DNA of 62,551 nucleotides, filler included, from Aduncisulcus paluster (Eukaryota), in NCBI GenBank assembly GCA_024181965.1. It is 6 parts of 6 records of this genome, joined end to end, with 100 filler letters (N's around TTAATTAATTAA, not from the genome) between each part and the next. Parts side by side here need not be neighbours in the genome. Positions count along the whole stretch, not along the records: positions 1 to 8,918 come from BQXS01012515.1; positions 9,019 to 13,371 come from BQXS01012516.1; 4 more parts are not named here. One strand, written 5' to 3'. The first letter of the stretch is position 1, and the number at the start of each line of letters is the position of its first letter. Positions 1 to 12,042 of the stretch are shown in pieces. The notes beneath the pieces are model-generated. The model had not been told where the DNA came from. It made no database searches and saw only the letters and a list, made by a program, of their open reading frames with translations. Both the position numbers and the translations under genes were made by a program.

Positions 1-223
1 TGCTATACATATGTCTGTATACTACTACGAATCTAATCCCCTGATGCTTCATGGAACATGACATTTCCCCGCAGTCAAATCCGAATGAAATTCCAACTCC
101 AAATCCAAATCCAACTCCAATGCTCCAATGCCCGATCATGATCATCCGATACATTTAATACTGAGCTTTGTGCTATTTCACCCTAGATTGACAATGTGAC
201 AATCATGGAAAGTGATATCGTAG

Positions 224-423
224 GTTTTTGGATTTGCAGTTGGAATGGGTATGGTTATCAGTGTTTGGGATGAAGCCCTTCTTACATTAAGTGTTGGTGA
301 AAGAGCCATGATTGTAATCAAATCGATCCTGATTATGGTTATGGTACCCGTGGAACTGGCGATTCTATTCCACCTGATTCCACTCTCATATTTGATGTTG
401 AATTATTAGGAATCAAGAAATAA
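224..423 (+). pseudogene. FKBP-type peptidyl-prolyl isomerase C-terminal half, frameshifted
   Basis: Manual translation gives GFAVGMGMVISVWDEALLTLSVGERAMIVI, a frameshift near 320, then IDPDYGYGTRGTGDSIPPDSTLIFDVELLGIKK*. This matches the FKBP motifs VIxGWDE, YGxxG and IPPxxTLIFDVELL. No N-terminal half is visible. Confidence 0.8.
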
Positions 424-694
424 CGCTTGAAAAGAACAAACGAATTGATTTTATTGGGTTTTAGATATATTTTCTCTTGCTCAGAAATCAAAGTTCTCAA
501 ACCCCATTTGTGAATCTCTTTCCGGGACAATACATTGAATGCATTGCATTCGACTTCCGTTTCCAACTCATAGGCCCTATGACATAGGGATTTTGTCCAA
601 CAATCTAGAAATTCTAGAATAAAGACCCCAGAAATAAAAACAGCACTTTTTTTGATTCTTCACACAATATTAGCTTTTCACACCATTTCTTGGA

Positions 695-1798
695 TTATTT
701 CCATGGAAGTAGAGATAATCGTTCAGCGGCAATGGTTTCCTCTGACATAGTAAATACAAGGGAGTGGATGCAGAATAATCGATTATTATTCTTCCTCCAC
801 ATTCCTTTCCCTTCAATCTCACACAATACAATATTATCCAAATCAATAGGAAGGAAATACCATTCATACCAATATTTAGGTCTTGTGAATTCATACTTCT
901 TGGATGTCTTCTTACCATCACAATCTGTGAAAGTGAAGAGAAGAGAGGGTGAACTGATATCCTTAATCACACAGATATAGGCACCTCCGATGGGACTAGG
1001 TGATGGGAAAGGGATGGAAAGATGAGATAACCGAAGACTATCTTCCCCTTTTAACATTCTTTGTGCTTTTGAACTCTGATCATACTTCTCAGATTCCTTA
1101 CTACACGAATCGTCCTTGCACTTAACCATCGGGAATGAAGGATCTACAAGCTTTGGATCGTCACGTGGAATGGGAATAGAATCTCTACCATGAGATTCCT
1201 TATCTCCTTCCTTAATAAACTCTGGTTTCACAACTGGAGCTTCAGACCATAGTATTTCTTTGGCTTCACGAGATTTGAGTTCTTCAGGAGTTTCTTCGCT
1301 ACTAATAAAAACAAGGGAGACGATTCCAAAATACTCTCTCTCTCTTCCTTTCCCTGTAATCTCACACAGAACAACGTCAGGGAGATCAACAGGAAGGAAA
1401 TACCAATGCCAACCTTTAAATCCATGAAATTCGTATTTCTTGGATGTTTTCTCACCCTTTGAAGATGTGAGAGTGAAGATAAGGTGTGATGGAGCGAAAT
1501 TACCCCGATCCCACAGACAGATGAAAGCCCCTTCCATTGAGGAAGATGAAGAGAAAGGAATGGAGATATGGGTAATATATCCTAAATTAAACTCTCCTTG
1601 CATCATCTCTCGTGCCCAAGAACTCTGATCGTACCCATATTCACCTTCTTCATTGGTTCCATTAATTGCTTTGATAGTTGGAAGGTCAATACTCTTAATA
1701 TTGGGGGCATCTCCGGGAATTGGACAACAAGTCCAACCTCCTTCATGAACAAACTCAGGTTCTACAGTTTGAATAACAACATCTGTGGATGAACTCAT
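695..1798 (-). CDS. Lineage-specific repeat-domain protein (MSSSTD family), two ~170-aa units (A+B)
   Basis: 367-aa intronless ORF with an internal duplication (PIPxD...HxSIPF.S.SP.GAYIC...FT.T...KKYEF...W.FLP.DL.VLCEI.GKG...SLVF). Close paralogs lie at 9546, 54151-57639 and 58497-59997. Confidence 0.9.
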   Translation of the reverse strand: MSSSTDVVIQTVEPEFVHEGGWTCCPIPGDAPNIKSIDLPTIKAINGTNEEGEYGYDQSSWAREMMQGEFNLGYITHISIPFSSSSSMEGAFICLWDRGNFAPSHLIFTLTSSKGEKTSKKYEFHGFKGWHWYFLPVDLPDVVLCEITGKGREREYFGIVSLVFISSEETPEELKSREAKEILWSEAPVVKPEFIKEGDKESHGRDSIPIPRDDPKLVDPSFPMVKCKDDSCSKESEKYDQSSKAQRMLKGEDSLRLSHLSIPFPSPSPIGGAYICVIKDISSPSLLFTFTDCDGKKTSKKYEFTRPKYWYEWYFLPIDLDNIVLCEIEGKGMWRKNNNRLFCIHSLVFTMSEETIAAERLSLLPWK

Positions 1799-2200
1799 TT
1801 GAATAGCGATAGAATTTCTTATCTAAAAAATGTGAACAAACAGGATAATTGCGAATTTCAAGGAGAACAGTCCGAGAAACAAAGACAAAACGAGCAAAAC
1901 GAACAAAACGAACAAGAAACGACCACACAGCACAATATAGTTAGTATAATTGAATGACAACGATTAATATATATCTTAATATGTATTTAACAACAGATAT
2001 GACATACAGTAAATATATAATGTGTTATTAACGAAAGAAAAGATAACGACCAAACCCACAACCCCCGATTGGCAAACTCAGGAAGTGATATCGAATAATA
2101 TATGCATAAAAATATATGAACATTTTCTTTGGAACATATATTACATGCCATCCTTGTGAGTCCACTCCTGACAATGACATTCAAAATCCGTTTCATTATC
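1799..2200 (-). promoter_or_regulatory. Conserved upstream cassette of MSSSTD-family genes
   Basis: Homologous sequence (gcgaatttcaaggagaacagtccgagaaacaaagacaaaa...cgaccacacagca...tattacatgccatccttgt) recurs upstream of the paralogs at 57640-58020 and, in part, 53661-53790 and 9490-9545. Confidence 0.6.
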
Positions 2201-2773
2201 TCCCTATTTGCCAACACATCGAATTACAAAGTTCCCATTTACAATGATAAAATCATCTTGTAATCCGTGAATGCCATCGACATGGGTATTCTATTGTTAT
2301 TTTGCTTTGTTTGTTGCTTTGTTTGTTGTTTTCCTGTTGGAGCTCTTGTATTCTGTTGTTTGACATTTGTGTATTCTCCCCAAAACAATTGATTAAACAA
2401 TATCACTCATTTTATTAACCATTGCCATTTATTTGATGTATATTTCTATTTTGAATCGATTTGTACCCTTAAATGCCCATCCTGTGCAGTCTCTCCAAGA
2501 TTGCAATGTTTCCAAAATATTTTTCTGGTTGAAAACTCAACATGACTTGGAAGAAATACCATCATTGGATTAAATATTCTTCTATCTTACAAGAGATTGA
2601 TAACCAACATCAGCCGTCAATTACTGGTATTATTTTATTTGAATAATCTTGCTCGTCTCCCTTTACGGGATTAATAACGACATTTTCAAAATCGATTCAT
2701 TGAGAAATTAATTAATATTGTTGTTGTTTGTTCTTAAAACCGCTCGAATTGGGAAAGTACATAAAACTAATCG

Positions 2774-5700
2774 TTATCCATTTGGTTTCAAAAGAAATCC
2801 ACCTCTAATTTTCGACAATGCTTCGCTGGTGTCTTGTTCAAATGAGAAATCATCGACAAACATCATATCGGAACTTCCCTCAGATTCAAGTGGTTGGTTT
2901 TGCTTCTTTAAAGGAACATCAGTATTTTTGGCATTGTTTCTTTTGGTGGTCTGGCTTGGAATTTCCATAACGATTTCTTCTTCCTCTTCCTCTTCCTCCT
3001 CCTCTTCTTCTTCTTGGAATTCTTCTTCTTCCTTCTTNNNNNNNNNNNNNNNNNNNNATCATATCGGAACTTCCCTCAGATTCAAGTGGTTGGTTTTGCT
3101 TCTTTAAAGGAACATCAGTATTTTTGGCATTGTTTCTTTTGGTGGTCTGGCTTGGAATTTCCATAACGATTTCTTCTTCCTCTTCCTCTTCCTCCTCCTC
3201 TTCTTCTTCTTGGAATTCTTCTTCTTCCTTCTTATCCTTCTTTTTGATGGATTCCCTCGAGAAATCTTCAAATCCTTGGTCCTCATCTTCTTTTCTTGGT
3301 TCTTTCCCAATAAATTCTTCTTCCAAAGTCGAATCATCAGATCCTTTCAATATACCACTTTGTTCTTCTCCTTCTTCTTTTTCTTGGTCATGTTTATCTG
3401 GAATGACGCTTCCTTTCGCATTGTCGGTGAGATTCTTTGTATCTATCTTGTGATCATCCGAAACACTAATGCCAATGGCGTGAGCATGTTCACTTTGTTG
3501 TTCAAGTAAATTCAAAGATCCATCTGATGTTACTTCTTGTGGCTTGGCTTCATGTTGTAACGGATGTGATCTCAAGGAAACGTTATCCTTTGAGAATGGA
3601 ACAGGAACCAAGGGTTGAATCGTGTGTTGTTGTTTGGAATATTCTTTTCCTTGACCAGTAAAATGCACTGAACGTCTTGGAGGAGGTGGCTTTGAAGGTA
3701 ACGAAGGAACGCCGATGTGATGTGTTTTAATATGCTTCGGAACACTCCCATGATACTCTTCCTCTCCTTTTCCTTCGCCTTCTTCTTCTCCTTCATGAGG
3801 AACAAGGCCAAATATTGTCATATCTTCTTCTATATTATCCTCAAACTTCTTGGCAACGAAAGCTTTGAAATCAGATTCTTTCATTCTTCCGACAGTAAAA
3901 ATATTTCCGTCCTCTTCTTCAAGCCTCATACTAACTTTTGCCGTGCTATCGGATGGCCATAAGTCTGACCGACAGGCACATACGCATTTACATAATACTT
4001 TTTCCCCTTCCTTACTAATCGAAACCAGAGCAGGTAAACACACTCCACAAACGGCATCATCTACTCGAACACTCTTGTCAATGATGCTTTGAGAAAGAAC
4101 AGCATCGGTGTGAGTTTTGAGGATTGCATCATCCGTACATTCCACACTGGTTGCTTGAGCATCGGTGTGACGAGCAAGGACACTCACAGAAGAAGAAGGA
4201 GCATGTGTGTATGATGATGATGTCAACAACGGGGCTGGATAATACAATCGAAAGTGGGAAGAAGGTATGATCCATGAACTGAAAAGACCATAACACACCA
4301 AGGATCGAACGCAAGAAGAGTATATATCAAGGCTGGGGAGAGACGTGGATGAGTTGATTGCCGATGAAGGTTTCCGTGAAGTGTTATAAAGAGCGAAATG
4401 TAAGGCCGAAAGAGCAGAAGGATAAGTTGCAGAGATGCGATGAACAACACTCGACAGAACCACGGCGCCATGTTTGGAGCACAATCGGAATAGTGATTCT
4501 CTACTCCCGAGGCTTGATAACTTGAATACATCTTCATCCAACCTTTTGGGAAGACTCAAAACTTTGCTCAATGTTTGACATCCATTCCTTTCAGAATAAT
4601 TTATCACCCTTTTACCAACAGTGTTAGCAGCATAAACAATGATACAGCAAGAAACACAGAATAATCGACGACGTTGGTGTATATTTGGAAGAGAATCGGA
4701 GTCAGGGGAGAACATTTCAGTTCCAATTCCCCCTTTGCCCCACAAGGCAGTTCGAGCCATCACAACAGTGGAGAGTGATGGAGTAGGATGGGTGCTAAAT
4801 GAAACGGCCGCAGAGGAAGCTGTACCAGGTGTCAGGAGGGAAGATGACGAGGAGATGAAGAGAGAGGAGGCTGATGGACTCTGATACATCCCTCCGAGCT
4901 GTTGGGATGGCAACGACAGAGAAGGAACCTCAAGATAGCCATCCATCTCTCGCCTCTGTTCCTCACTCACTGGATATCCCCACATTGTAACGAAATGGCT
5001 CAGCATTGTCTGAAGTCGAGCATTTTTACGCTCTAAATCGGCAATATATTCACGCACAACAACTGGAATGAGAGGGGAAGCGAACTCAGAGCTTGCATCG
5101 TGTCCGTACAAATGGGAAGAAGTGTCCATGGAGACGCCTGTTGTACTCTTCAGTTTGTGAGTCATGCTTTGTCGCATTGTAGCACCAGTCACAGTCTGTT
5201 GTTGACTCGCTACTTCCTGTGTCCCATGTCGTTCCCAATGTCTCTGTTGTTGGTGTAATGTTGCAGAGAGATCATGCTGTTTAGTAGATCTACCAAAGCT
5301 TGAAGATGATGAGGAGCGAGTTCCGCCTCCAGCCCATTCACTATCATCCACAACGTCACCAAATACTTCCAAAAAATCACTCCCTGCGACGGAATTCTGT
5401 TCTAACTGTTGCTGAGAATATAGCATGGAGCGAGTGAAAGCAAGATCTTCGGCCTGAATGGGTTGAAATGGAGCAAGAATGGTTGATGTATCATATTTTC
5501 CTGAATCTTTAATGTTTGGGCGGAGCGCTGCAGCCACAATAGGGGAACTTGCTCGCAATAATATATATAATTTTAAGGAGAGAGAAGATACATCTGGATC
5601 TTTATGAGTGAGAAGACGATGCAGTTTAAGATGAGAGAGAAGAGAAACTCCTTTTTTAATACGCCTCGAATGGGAAGATATGGGAGAGCCATAACCTTTT

Positions 5701-6456
5701 TCACTCTCAGCAAAAATATCTGCCAGAGATGAATCTAGAAGCAGTAATTCATGTAGAAGGAGGCAAAAATGATATAAAATAAGAACATTTTGCTCTTTAT
5801 GTTTTTTGCTTTGAATTTTCNNNNNNNNNNNNNNNNNNNNTGCTGAGAATATAGCATGGAGCGAGTGAAAGCAAGATCTTCGGCCTGAATGGGTTGAAAT
5901 GGAGCAAGAATGGTTGATGTATCATATTTTCCTGAATCTTTAATGTTTGGGCGGAGCGCTGCAGCCACAATAGGGGAACTTGCTCGCAATAATATATATA
6001 ATTTTAAGGAGAGAGAAGATACATCTGGATCTTTATGAGTGAGAAGACGATGCAGTTTAAGATGAGAGAGAAGAGAAACTCCTTTTTTAATACGCTTCGA
6101 ATGGGAAGATATGGGAGAGCCATAACCTTTTCACTCTCAGCAAAAATATCTGCCAGAGATGAATCTAGAAGCAGTAATTCATGTAGAAGGAGGCAAAAAT
6201 GATATAAAATAAGAACATTTTGCTCTTTATGTTTTTTGCTTTGAATTTTCGCTAATATTGAAGGTGTGGAATATAAATTAATCATGTCAACAACTATTTC
6301 TATAATCTCATGTCGTAATTCAATATCTCTTTCAATATCAGTAGTATATAGAATTAATATGGTTCTGGCAGCTGATTTTAGTGAATCGATATCTTTTGGT
6401 CTGTCAGAAAGGATCGCAATTGCCTCATTAACTTCCACTTTTTCTAGGTGGCTCAT
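2774..6456 (-). CDS. Large hypothetical protein (helical N-terminus, Ser-rich middle, acidic C-terminus), broken by two gap duplications
   Basis: ORFs 6004-6456, 2919-5558 and 2774-2968 join into one gene once the gap-flank duplications (5410-5820/5841-6250 and the copies around the gap at 3038-3057) are collapsed. A putative 44-nt GTATCT..AAG intron at 5979-6022 restores the frame. Confidence 0.65.
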
Positions 6457-6670
6457 TCTGCAAATAAAATTGACAATTTAAACATAAATAGAATTATAAA
6501 TTACATCTATATTTTGTAATATATCAAAAAATATATAAAACATACATGATCTTGTGTTTAGAGCTCAAAACAAGTTTTTGGAAATACCTCCCAAGTAATA
6601 CATTTTTTATCATATAATTTACTCATAAAACATATCGAAATTTAAAAATTATATTTCATTTGCATTTATA

Positions 6671-7657
6671 ATGGAACAGAAGGTTTCTAGAAGTCAATTC
6701 TATCGTAGATATTGCTATGGCTTAAATTCTGTCACTGTATTAGATTTAGCTGCTCAACTGGATCATATAGGAGGGTTTTACGGCCCCTATGGTGTGCCTA
6801 CACCTTTTTTGTGTGTTTTTGTCAAAATGAAATATCTTTCTCCTTCAAATGAAATTTTATTTGAATATCTTTTATCTTCAAACAAATATATTCGAATCTT
6901 AGCAGCTATTTTGATTCGTATTCAAGCATTTAAAACCCCGGCTTTAGTATATTCCATTCTCGAGCCACTTCTCCTTGATCCCCGTGTTATCAACAAAAGA
7001 ATTCATGATGGTACATTTTTAAAAACTCATATTGATACAGTCATTGATGGTCTTCTTCATGAAACCAGAATATTTGATATCCCCCTTCCTCCTATTCCTC
7101 CTCGAATGTCTCTGGTTTCCAAAGGAATACTCCCACCTGAAAGATATTCACCTCTCCGTGAATTTGGTAAGAAAGCATTCGAGCAAGAACTGTTAAATCC
7201 TGTGCCAGACATGGTCGATGAAAGTTCCCCTCTAGAAATTGGAATGGGTTGTCTGCCGCCTGCAGCTTTACAAATTACTGGGAAAGAAGAGCCAGAAGTG
7301 ATGCGAGAATTGCATCGATTGAGACCTAAAATGCGTCTTATTGTTGAAAGTGGCCTTCTTCGTGAGGCTGTTGGGCTTCCTCCCCTACGTCTTGAATCTG
7401 AGCATTTGATTGAACTTCTAAATGTTCCAATATGGCTTATTCCTTGGCAAAAAAAGAGAAAACAGGAAGAAGATAAGCGTAAAGCAGACGAATTGATGGT
7501 GTCTTCCAAAAAGAAGGTTGACATGACTTCGAAAACACCACGAGACGATATTGAAAAGGCACAAAAAGTTGAAATAGGCGGGAAAAGGGCGACATTAGAA
7601 ACAAAAATTGATAAAGAGGTTATTAAGCGGAGAAAAAAGCTTGGTTTTAAGATTTGA
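6671..7657 (+). CDS. PRP38: Pre-mRNA splicing factor 38 (PRP38A-like)
   Basis: YCYGLNSVTVLDLAAQLDHIGGFYG..PTPFLC..KM...PS.EI..EYL....KYIRILAAILIR matches the PRP38 N-terminal domain. It has a charged C-terminal tail. Confidence 0.9.
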   Translation: MEQKVSRSQFYRRYCYGLNSVTVLDLAAQLDHIGGFYGPYGVPTPFLCVFVKMKYLSPSNEILFEYLLSSNKYIRILAAILIRIQAFKTPALVYSILEPLLLDPRVINKRIHDGTFLKTHIDTVIDGLLHETRIFDIPLPPIPPRMSLVSKGILPPERYSPLREFGKKAFEQELLNPVPDMVDESSPLEIGMGCLPPAALQITGKEEPEVMRELHRLRPKMRLIVESGLLREAVGLPPLRLESEHLIELLNVPIWLIPWQKKRKQEEDKRKADELMVSSKKKVDMTSKTPRDDIEKAQKVEIGGKRATLETKIDKEVIKRRKKLGFKI

Positions 7658-7693
7658 TTTTGTCCATATTACTAATATATCATTGTACCCCAT

Positions 7694-7746
7694 TAGTACA
7701 GTACAGTATAGTATAGTATAGTATAGTATAGTACAGTATAGTATAC
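7694..7746. repeat. (TATAG/TACAG)n pentamer microsatellite
   Basis: About 10 tandem pentamers are visible directly. Confidence 0.9.
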
Positions 7747-8425
7747 TGTATTTTTATTGTTCGAGGATTGTGTGGAGAGCTTTGTACAGCTGTATTCAAT
7801 GGTAATGTGGACTTCTTTGTCGGGCAGTCTGTCATTGACATCCTTGTTACTGCTGATAGTTGTCGAGGCAAGGATATCAGAGGGATTGAAGGGCAAGAAC
7901 ACTCGCATGGCCATCTTGGAGAAGCTTCCATTGATCTTGATCTTGTATATGGTTCCATTGTGGACGAACTAATGCCTGCTCCCTAATAATACTTTGAGGT
8001 TTCAAGGGAGATTGTGAACAGGTTTATAATTTTAGTAATCAATACACAGTCATTCTTCAGACATGTCACAATAAATTAGCATCGCTTGGCTTTTGGCTTT
8101 TTGGCTTGACTTAAATTGTTTGGTTTGGATCCAGCCTTACAAAATTTTATTTAAGATAAAAATATGATAAAAGTTGACAAATATAGAATAAATTTGGGAC
8201 TTTTTAAACGGGAATTTGATCGAAATCTCTAAAACATCACATTCCAAAATGGTTCATGGTCAGTTTATCACAGAGATAAAAAAAATGGACATAAAATGCA
8301 ATAAAAACAATTCAATAAATATGTGCTATTCATAAAAGCCACCTTTAAGATCAATGGTCCGCATAAAACGTCATATCATCAACTGGAAGCAGCAGTCTAG
8401 AAAAAATCTAAACTGCTGCTTAACA

Positions 8426-8704
8426 TCAGCCTTTTCGGCTCATTGAAAGGCCTTTTCCTTGGCCAATGCGTTCTTCCAAAATCTCTTCAATATGATATTC
8501 AATATCAGCTCGACAAGTAGATTTAAAGCCACATTTGCAGTGCCATCTCATAATTCCATCTTCTTCATCCTCAAAATATCCATTATTCTTGTGGATCATA
8601 CTCATATCATCTTCTAGGATAGTTCCAGGAGGTTTTGTAGAAATATCAGCAATTCCTTCAAATTCATCATCCAAAAAAAAGAAGTCGTCGTCACAATCTG
8701 ACAT
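8426..8704 (-). CDS. Small acidic hypothetical protein with possible Zn-finger-like motif
   Basis: 92-aa ORF containing WHCKCGFKSTCRADIEYH. No recognised homolog. Confidence 0.5.
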   Translation of the reverse strand: MSDCDDDFFFLDDEFEGIADISTKPPGTILEDDMSMIHKNNGYFEDEEDGIMRWHCKCGFKSTCRADIEYHIEEILEERIGQGKGLSMSRKG

Positions 8705-8918
8705 GGTTAAATTATTTTAGGTAATTAATGTTATAAAAATGTTCCAATCCGGGGTAATCGCAGAAAACCGTGAAATCATATTAGAGACAAGCACTGGCAA
8801 TATTATTTTAATAAACCAACCTTATAATATCAAGAAATATTCAAATATGTTAATGTACTTTTATTTATTATATCAGAAGTAAAAATAACAAAAATCGACT
8901 TTACAACCGTAATACAAC

Positions 8919-9018
8919 NNNNNNNNNNNNNNNNNNNNNNNNNNNNNNNNNNNNNNNNNNNNTTAATTAATTAANNNNNNNNNNNNNNNNNNNNNNNNNN
9001 NNNNNNNNNNNNNNNNNN
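8919..9018. other. Artificial scaffold linker N44-TTAATTAATTAA-N44 (also at 13372-13471, 37540-37639, 47051-47150, 51805-51904)
   Basis: The same 100-nt stop-in-all-frames spacer occurs five times. Confidence 0.97.
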
Positions 9019-9545
9019 GAAGCATCAGGGGATTAGATTCGTAGCAGTATACAGACATATGTATAGCATCGTATTCCGAGTTCTTGACATTCTTGATTGT
9101 AAGCAAAAGCAAGTGAAAATGAAACAGAAAGGCAAGGATAATGATAGAAATGAAATGGAAATATATCCATGTTATTGAATGGCATTGAAATCGTTCATAA
9201 ATGTTCTTAACACGTGAAATGGAACTATATCCAGTCCTGAGGGTTCTCCAAAAGCCTGAGATATCGAGAATAAACACCATGGCATGGAAATGAAAATAAA
9301 ACATGTTTTTATCATTTACCAGCATTTAACTCGTCTATATGTGTTTTTTTAATTTTCCAATCTTATCTATTGAAGGGTTGCTTGTTCAGTCCTCCATTTT
9401 TTCGATTTCTCGTCGTACAAGCAAATTGTATGTTTACTATATGTCATATCTTCTATTAAATGTATATTAAGAAATATTTTAACCGGATTCATTCATTATT
9501 CTGCTTGTTTTTATATTTTAGGGAAGAAATTCTATCGCTATTCAA

Positions 9546-10631
9546 ATGAGTTCATCCACAGATGCTGTTATTCAAACTGTGGAACCTGAGTTTGTTCATG
9601 AAGGATGGCAGTTTTGCTGTCCAATTCCTGGAGATGCTCCCAATATTAAGAGTGCAGAGTTTCCATCTATCAAAGCAATAGATGGAACCAAGAAAGAAAG
9701 TGATGAAGAGTACGATCAGAGTCCTTGGGCACAAAATATGATGAAAGGAGAGTGGAATGATGGACATTTTACTCATATCTCCATTCCTTTCTCTTCATCT
9801 TCCCCAATGAAAGGGGCTTATATCTGTCTATATAGCTATTCTTCACCTCCATCGCACCTTATCTTCACTCTCACATCTTCAAAGGGTGATAAAACATCCA
9901 AGAAATACGAATTTCCTGAATTTGAAGGTCATCATTGGTATTTCCTTCCTGTTGATCTCCCTGATGTTGTTCTGTGTGAGATTACAGGGAAAGGAAGATA
10001 TGAAGAGTGTTTTGAAATCCAATCCCTTGTTTTCATTAGTAGAGAAGAAACTCCTGAAGAAATCAAATCTCGTGAATCTAGAGAGAAACTATGGTCTGAA
10101 GCTCCAGTTGTGAAAGCAGAGTTTGTTAAGGAAGGAGAGAGAAAATCTATTCCCATTCCACGAGATGATCCAAAGCTTGTAGATCCTTCATTCTCAATTG
10201 TTAAGTGCAAGGATGATTCGGTGAGTAAGGAATCTGAGTATTATGATCAGAGTTCAGAAGCACAAGGAATGTTAAAAGGGGAAGATAGAGTATCCTTATC
10301 CCATCTATCTATTCCTTTCCCATCACCTAGTCCAATGAAAGGTGCTTATATCTGTGTGGATAGGGATGCTAGTACACCCTCTCTTCTCTTCACTTTCACT
10401 AATTGTGATGGTAAGAAGACATGCAAGAAGTATGAATCCACAAGACCTAAACATGAATTTGAATGGCACTTCCTTCCTATTGATTTAGAAAATATCGTAT
10501 TGTGTGAGATTGAAGGGAAAGGAACGTGGTATAATAAGAATAGTCGAGGTTTCTGGATACACTCCCTTGTATTTACTATGCCCGAGGAAACCATTGCAGC
10601 TGAACGATTATCTCTACTTCCATGGAAATAA
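9546..10631 (+). CDS. Repeat-domain protein (MSSSTD family), two units (A+B)
   Basis: 361-aa intronless ORF colinear with 695-1798 and sharing the same C-terminus (ETIAAERLSLLPWK). Confidence 0.9.
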   Translation: MSSSTDAVIQTVEPEFVHEGWQFCCPIPGDAPNIKSAEFPSIKAIDGTKKESDEEYDQSPWAQNMMKGEWNDGHFTHISIPFSSSSPMKGAYICLYSYSSPPSHLIFTLTSSKGDKTSKKYEFPEFEGHHWYFLPVDLPDVVLCEITGKGRYEECFEIQSLVFISREETPEEIKSRESREKLWSEAPVVKAEFVKEGERKSIPIPRDDPKLVDPSFSIVKCKDDSVSKESEYYDQSSEAQGMLKGEDRVSLSHLSIPFPSPSPMKGAYICVDRDASTPSLLFTFTNCDGKKTCKKYESTRPKHEFEWHFLPIDLENIVLCEIEGKGTWYNKNSRGFWIHSLVFTMPEETIAAERLSLLPWK

Positions 10632-12042
10632 TCCGATAATACTGATATTTTCTGCAAAGAAGGACAATGTTCTTTTATTCTCTTGCGTCTGTCGCGTGTC
10701 AGTCTTCTCAGAAATAGTCGTTTGTCAGATGTCTGATATGAATGCACATGAGATACTGATTCAGTATACTATACTAAACATTGAGAGATAAAATGAAGCG
10801 ATAAAACAAAACAATACGATACATTATCAGGCCATCTCGATCCATAAAAACGAAATTACCGATTATTCTTCGTTATCGTTTCTTGATTCTTATTAATCAT
10901 TGATATTGGACTCCCTATTTAGTAAACCAAATGCAATCCCGTCATTCTCTGCATCGGAGTCGTGGAGTCTATATCACTGAGAGAGACGAGCTCTGACAGT
11001 CTTTTGACAGAGCTCTGACAACTCAGCATCCATGGAATGTGCATTCAATGTACATCGTCTANNNNNNNNNNNNNNNNNNNNATACGATACATTATCAGGC
11101 CATCTCGATCCATAAAAACGAAATTACCGATTATTCTTCGTTATCGTTTCTTGATTCTTATTAATCATTGATATTGGACTCCCTATTTAGTAAACCAAAT
11201 GCAATCCCGTCATTCTCTGCATCGGAGTCGTGGAGTCTATATCACTGAGAGAGACGAGCTCTGACAGTCTTTTGACAGAGCTCTGACAACTCAGCATCCA
11301 TGGAATGTGCATTCAATGTACATCGTCTATCATCATATATCACCACTGGTGTTACTGGGCCAGTATTACTGACAGCAAAAAAAAATTATCGTAACAGCAA
11401 TAGTAATTAATGGAACTGGATGATCGATTGGCCAGCGCCTGAGGCGGCAATCAGGCAGTGCTTGGGATCTAACTTATTTAAAATGGAATCCAATGAAAAC
11501 CAAAATACAGAAGAATGTCATGAATTGGGATTTATAGCATTCAAAACGATTAGAAAATTGGCGTACAAAGTCGTCCTATAAATAAATCTCCAAAACAAAG
11601 AAAGGGGAGAAACGCTGGAGAGAAGAGAAATCAAAAACACACTGTTGCTTCCGTTACAAACCACTGGGTTATTAAACCAGGTATATGGCGTACCAAAACG
11701 ATGATATTATATCATTGATAGTCAGTAGATCATCTATCACATGCATTTATATAACACATGAAAGACAGTAATACTGTATACATTTTCAAATTAGTTATTA
11801 AAAGGATTTCAAATATTCTCCGTACCTCGATCAGATCGAGTCGATCTGGCAAACCCCCCTAAGATATTTGATCTTCAAAATCCATTTTTGTGTTGAACTA
11901 TCGTCACGATGATTACGGACACATTGTGTCACACAAGAATAATTATTTTCTGAAAAATCCGACTTGAATTTTCTTCAAGAATCTTAAAGTTTTAAAAAAC
12001 GAAAGTTAAAGAGAAGGAATGAGCATACAAGATATTAAACAA

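Noticed and set aside
7750..7990. GC-richer coding-like patch downstream of PRP38
   Set aside because: No start, splice model or recognisable motif in any frame; cannot be supported as a gene.
8081..8115. atcgcttggcttttggc resembling the U2 snRNA 5' end
   Set aside because: No GTAGTA branch-point recognition sequence or other U2 structure follows.
8963..8974. Palindromic TTAATTAATTAA motif repeated five times
   Set aside because: Always centred in 44-N flanks; an artificial concatenation linker, so adjacency across it has no biological meaning.
11430..11470. Small GC-rich hairpin gcctga...tcaggc
   Set aside because: Too short and isolated to distinguish from chance.
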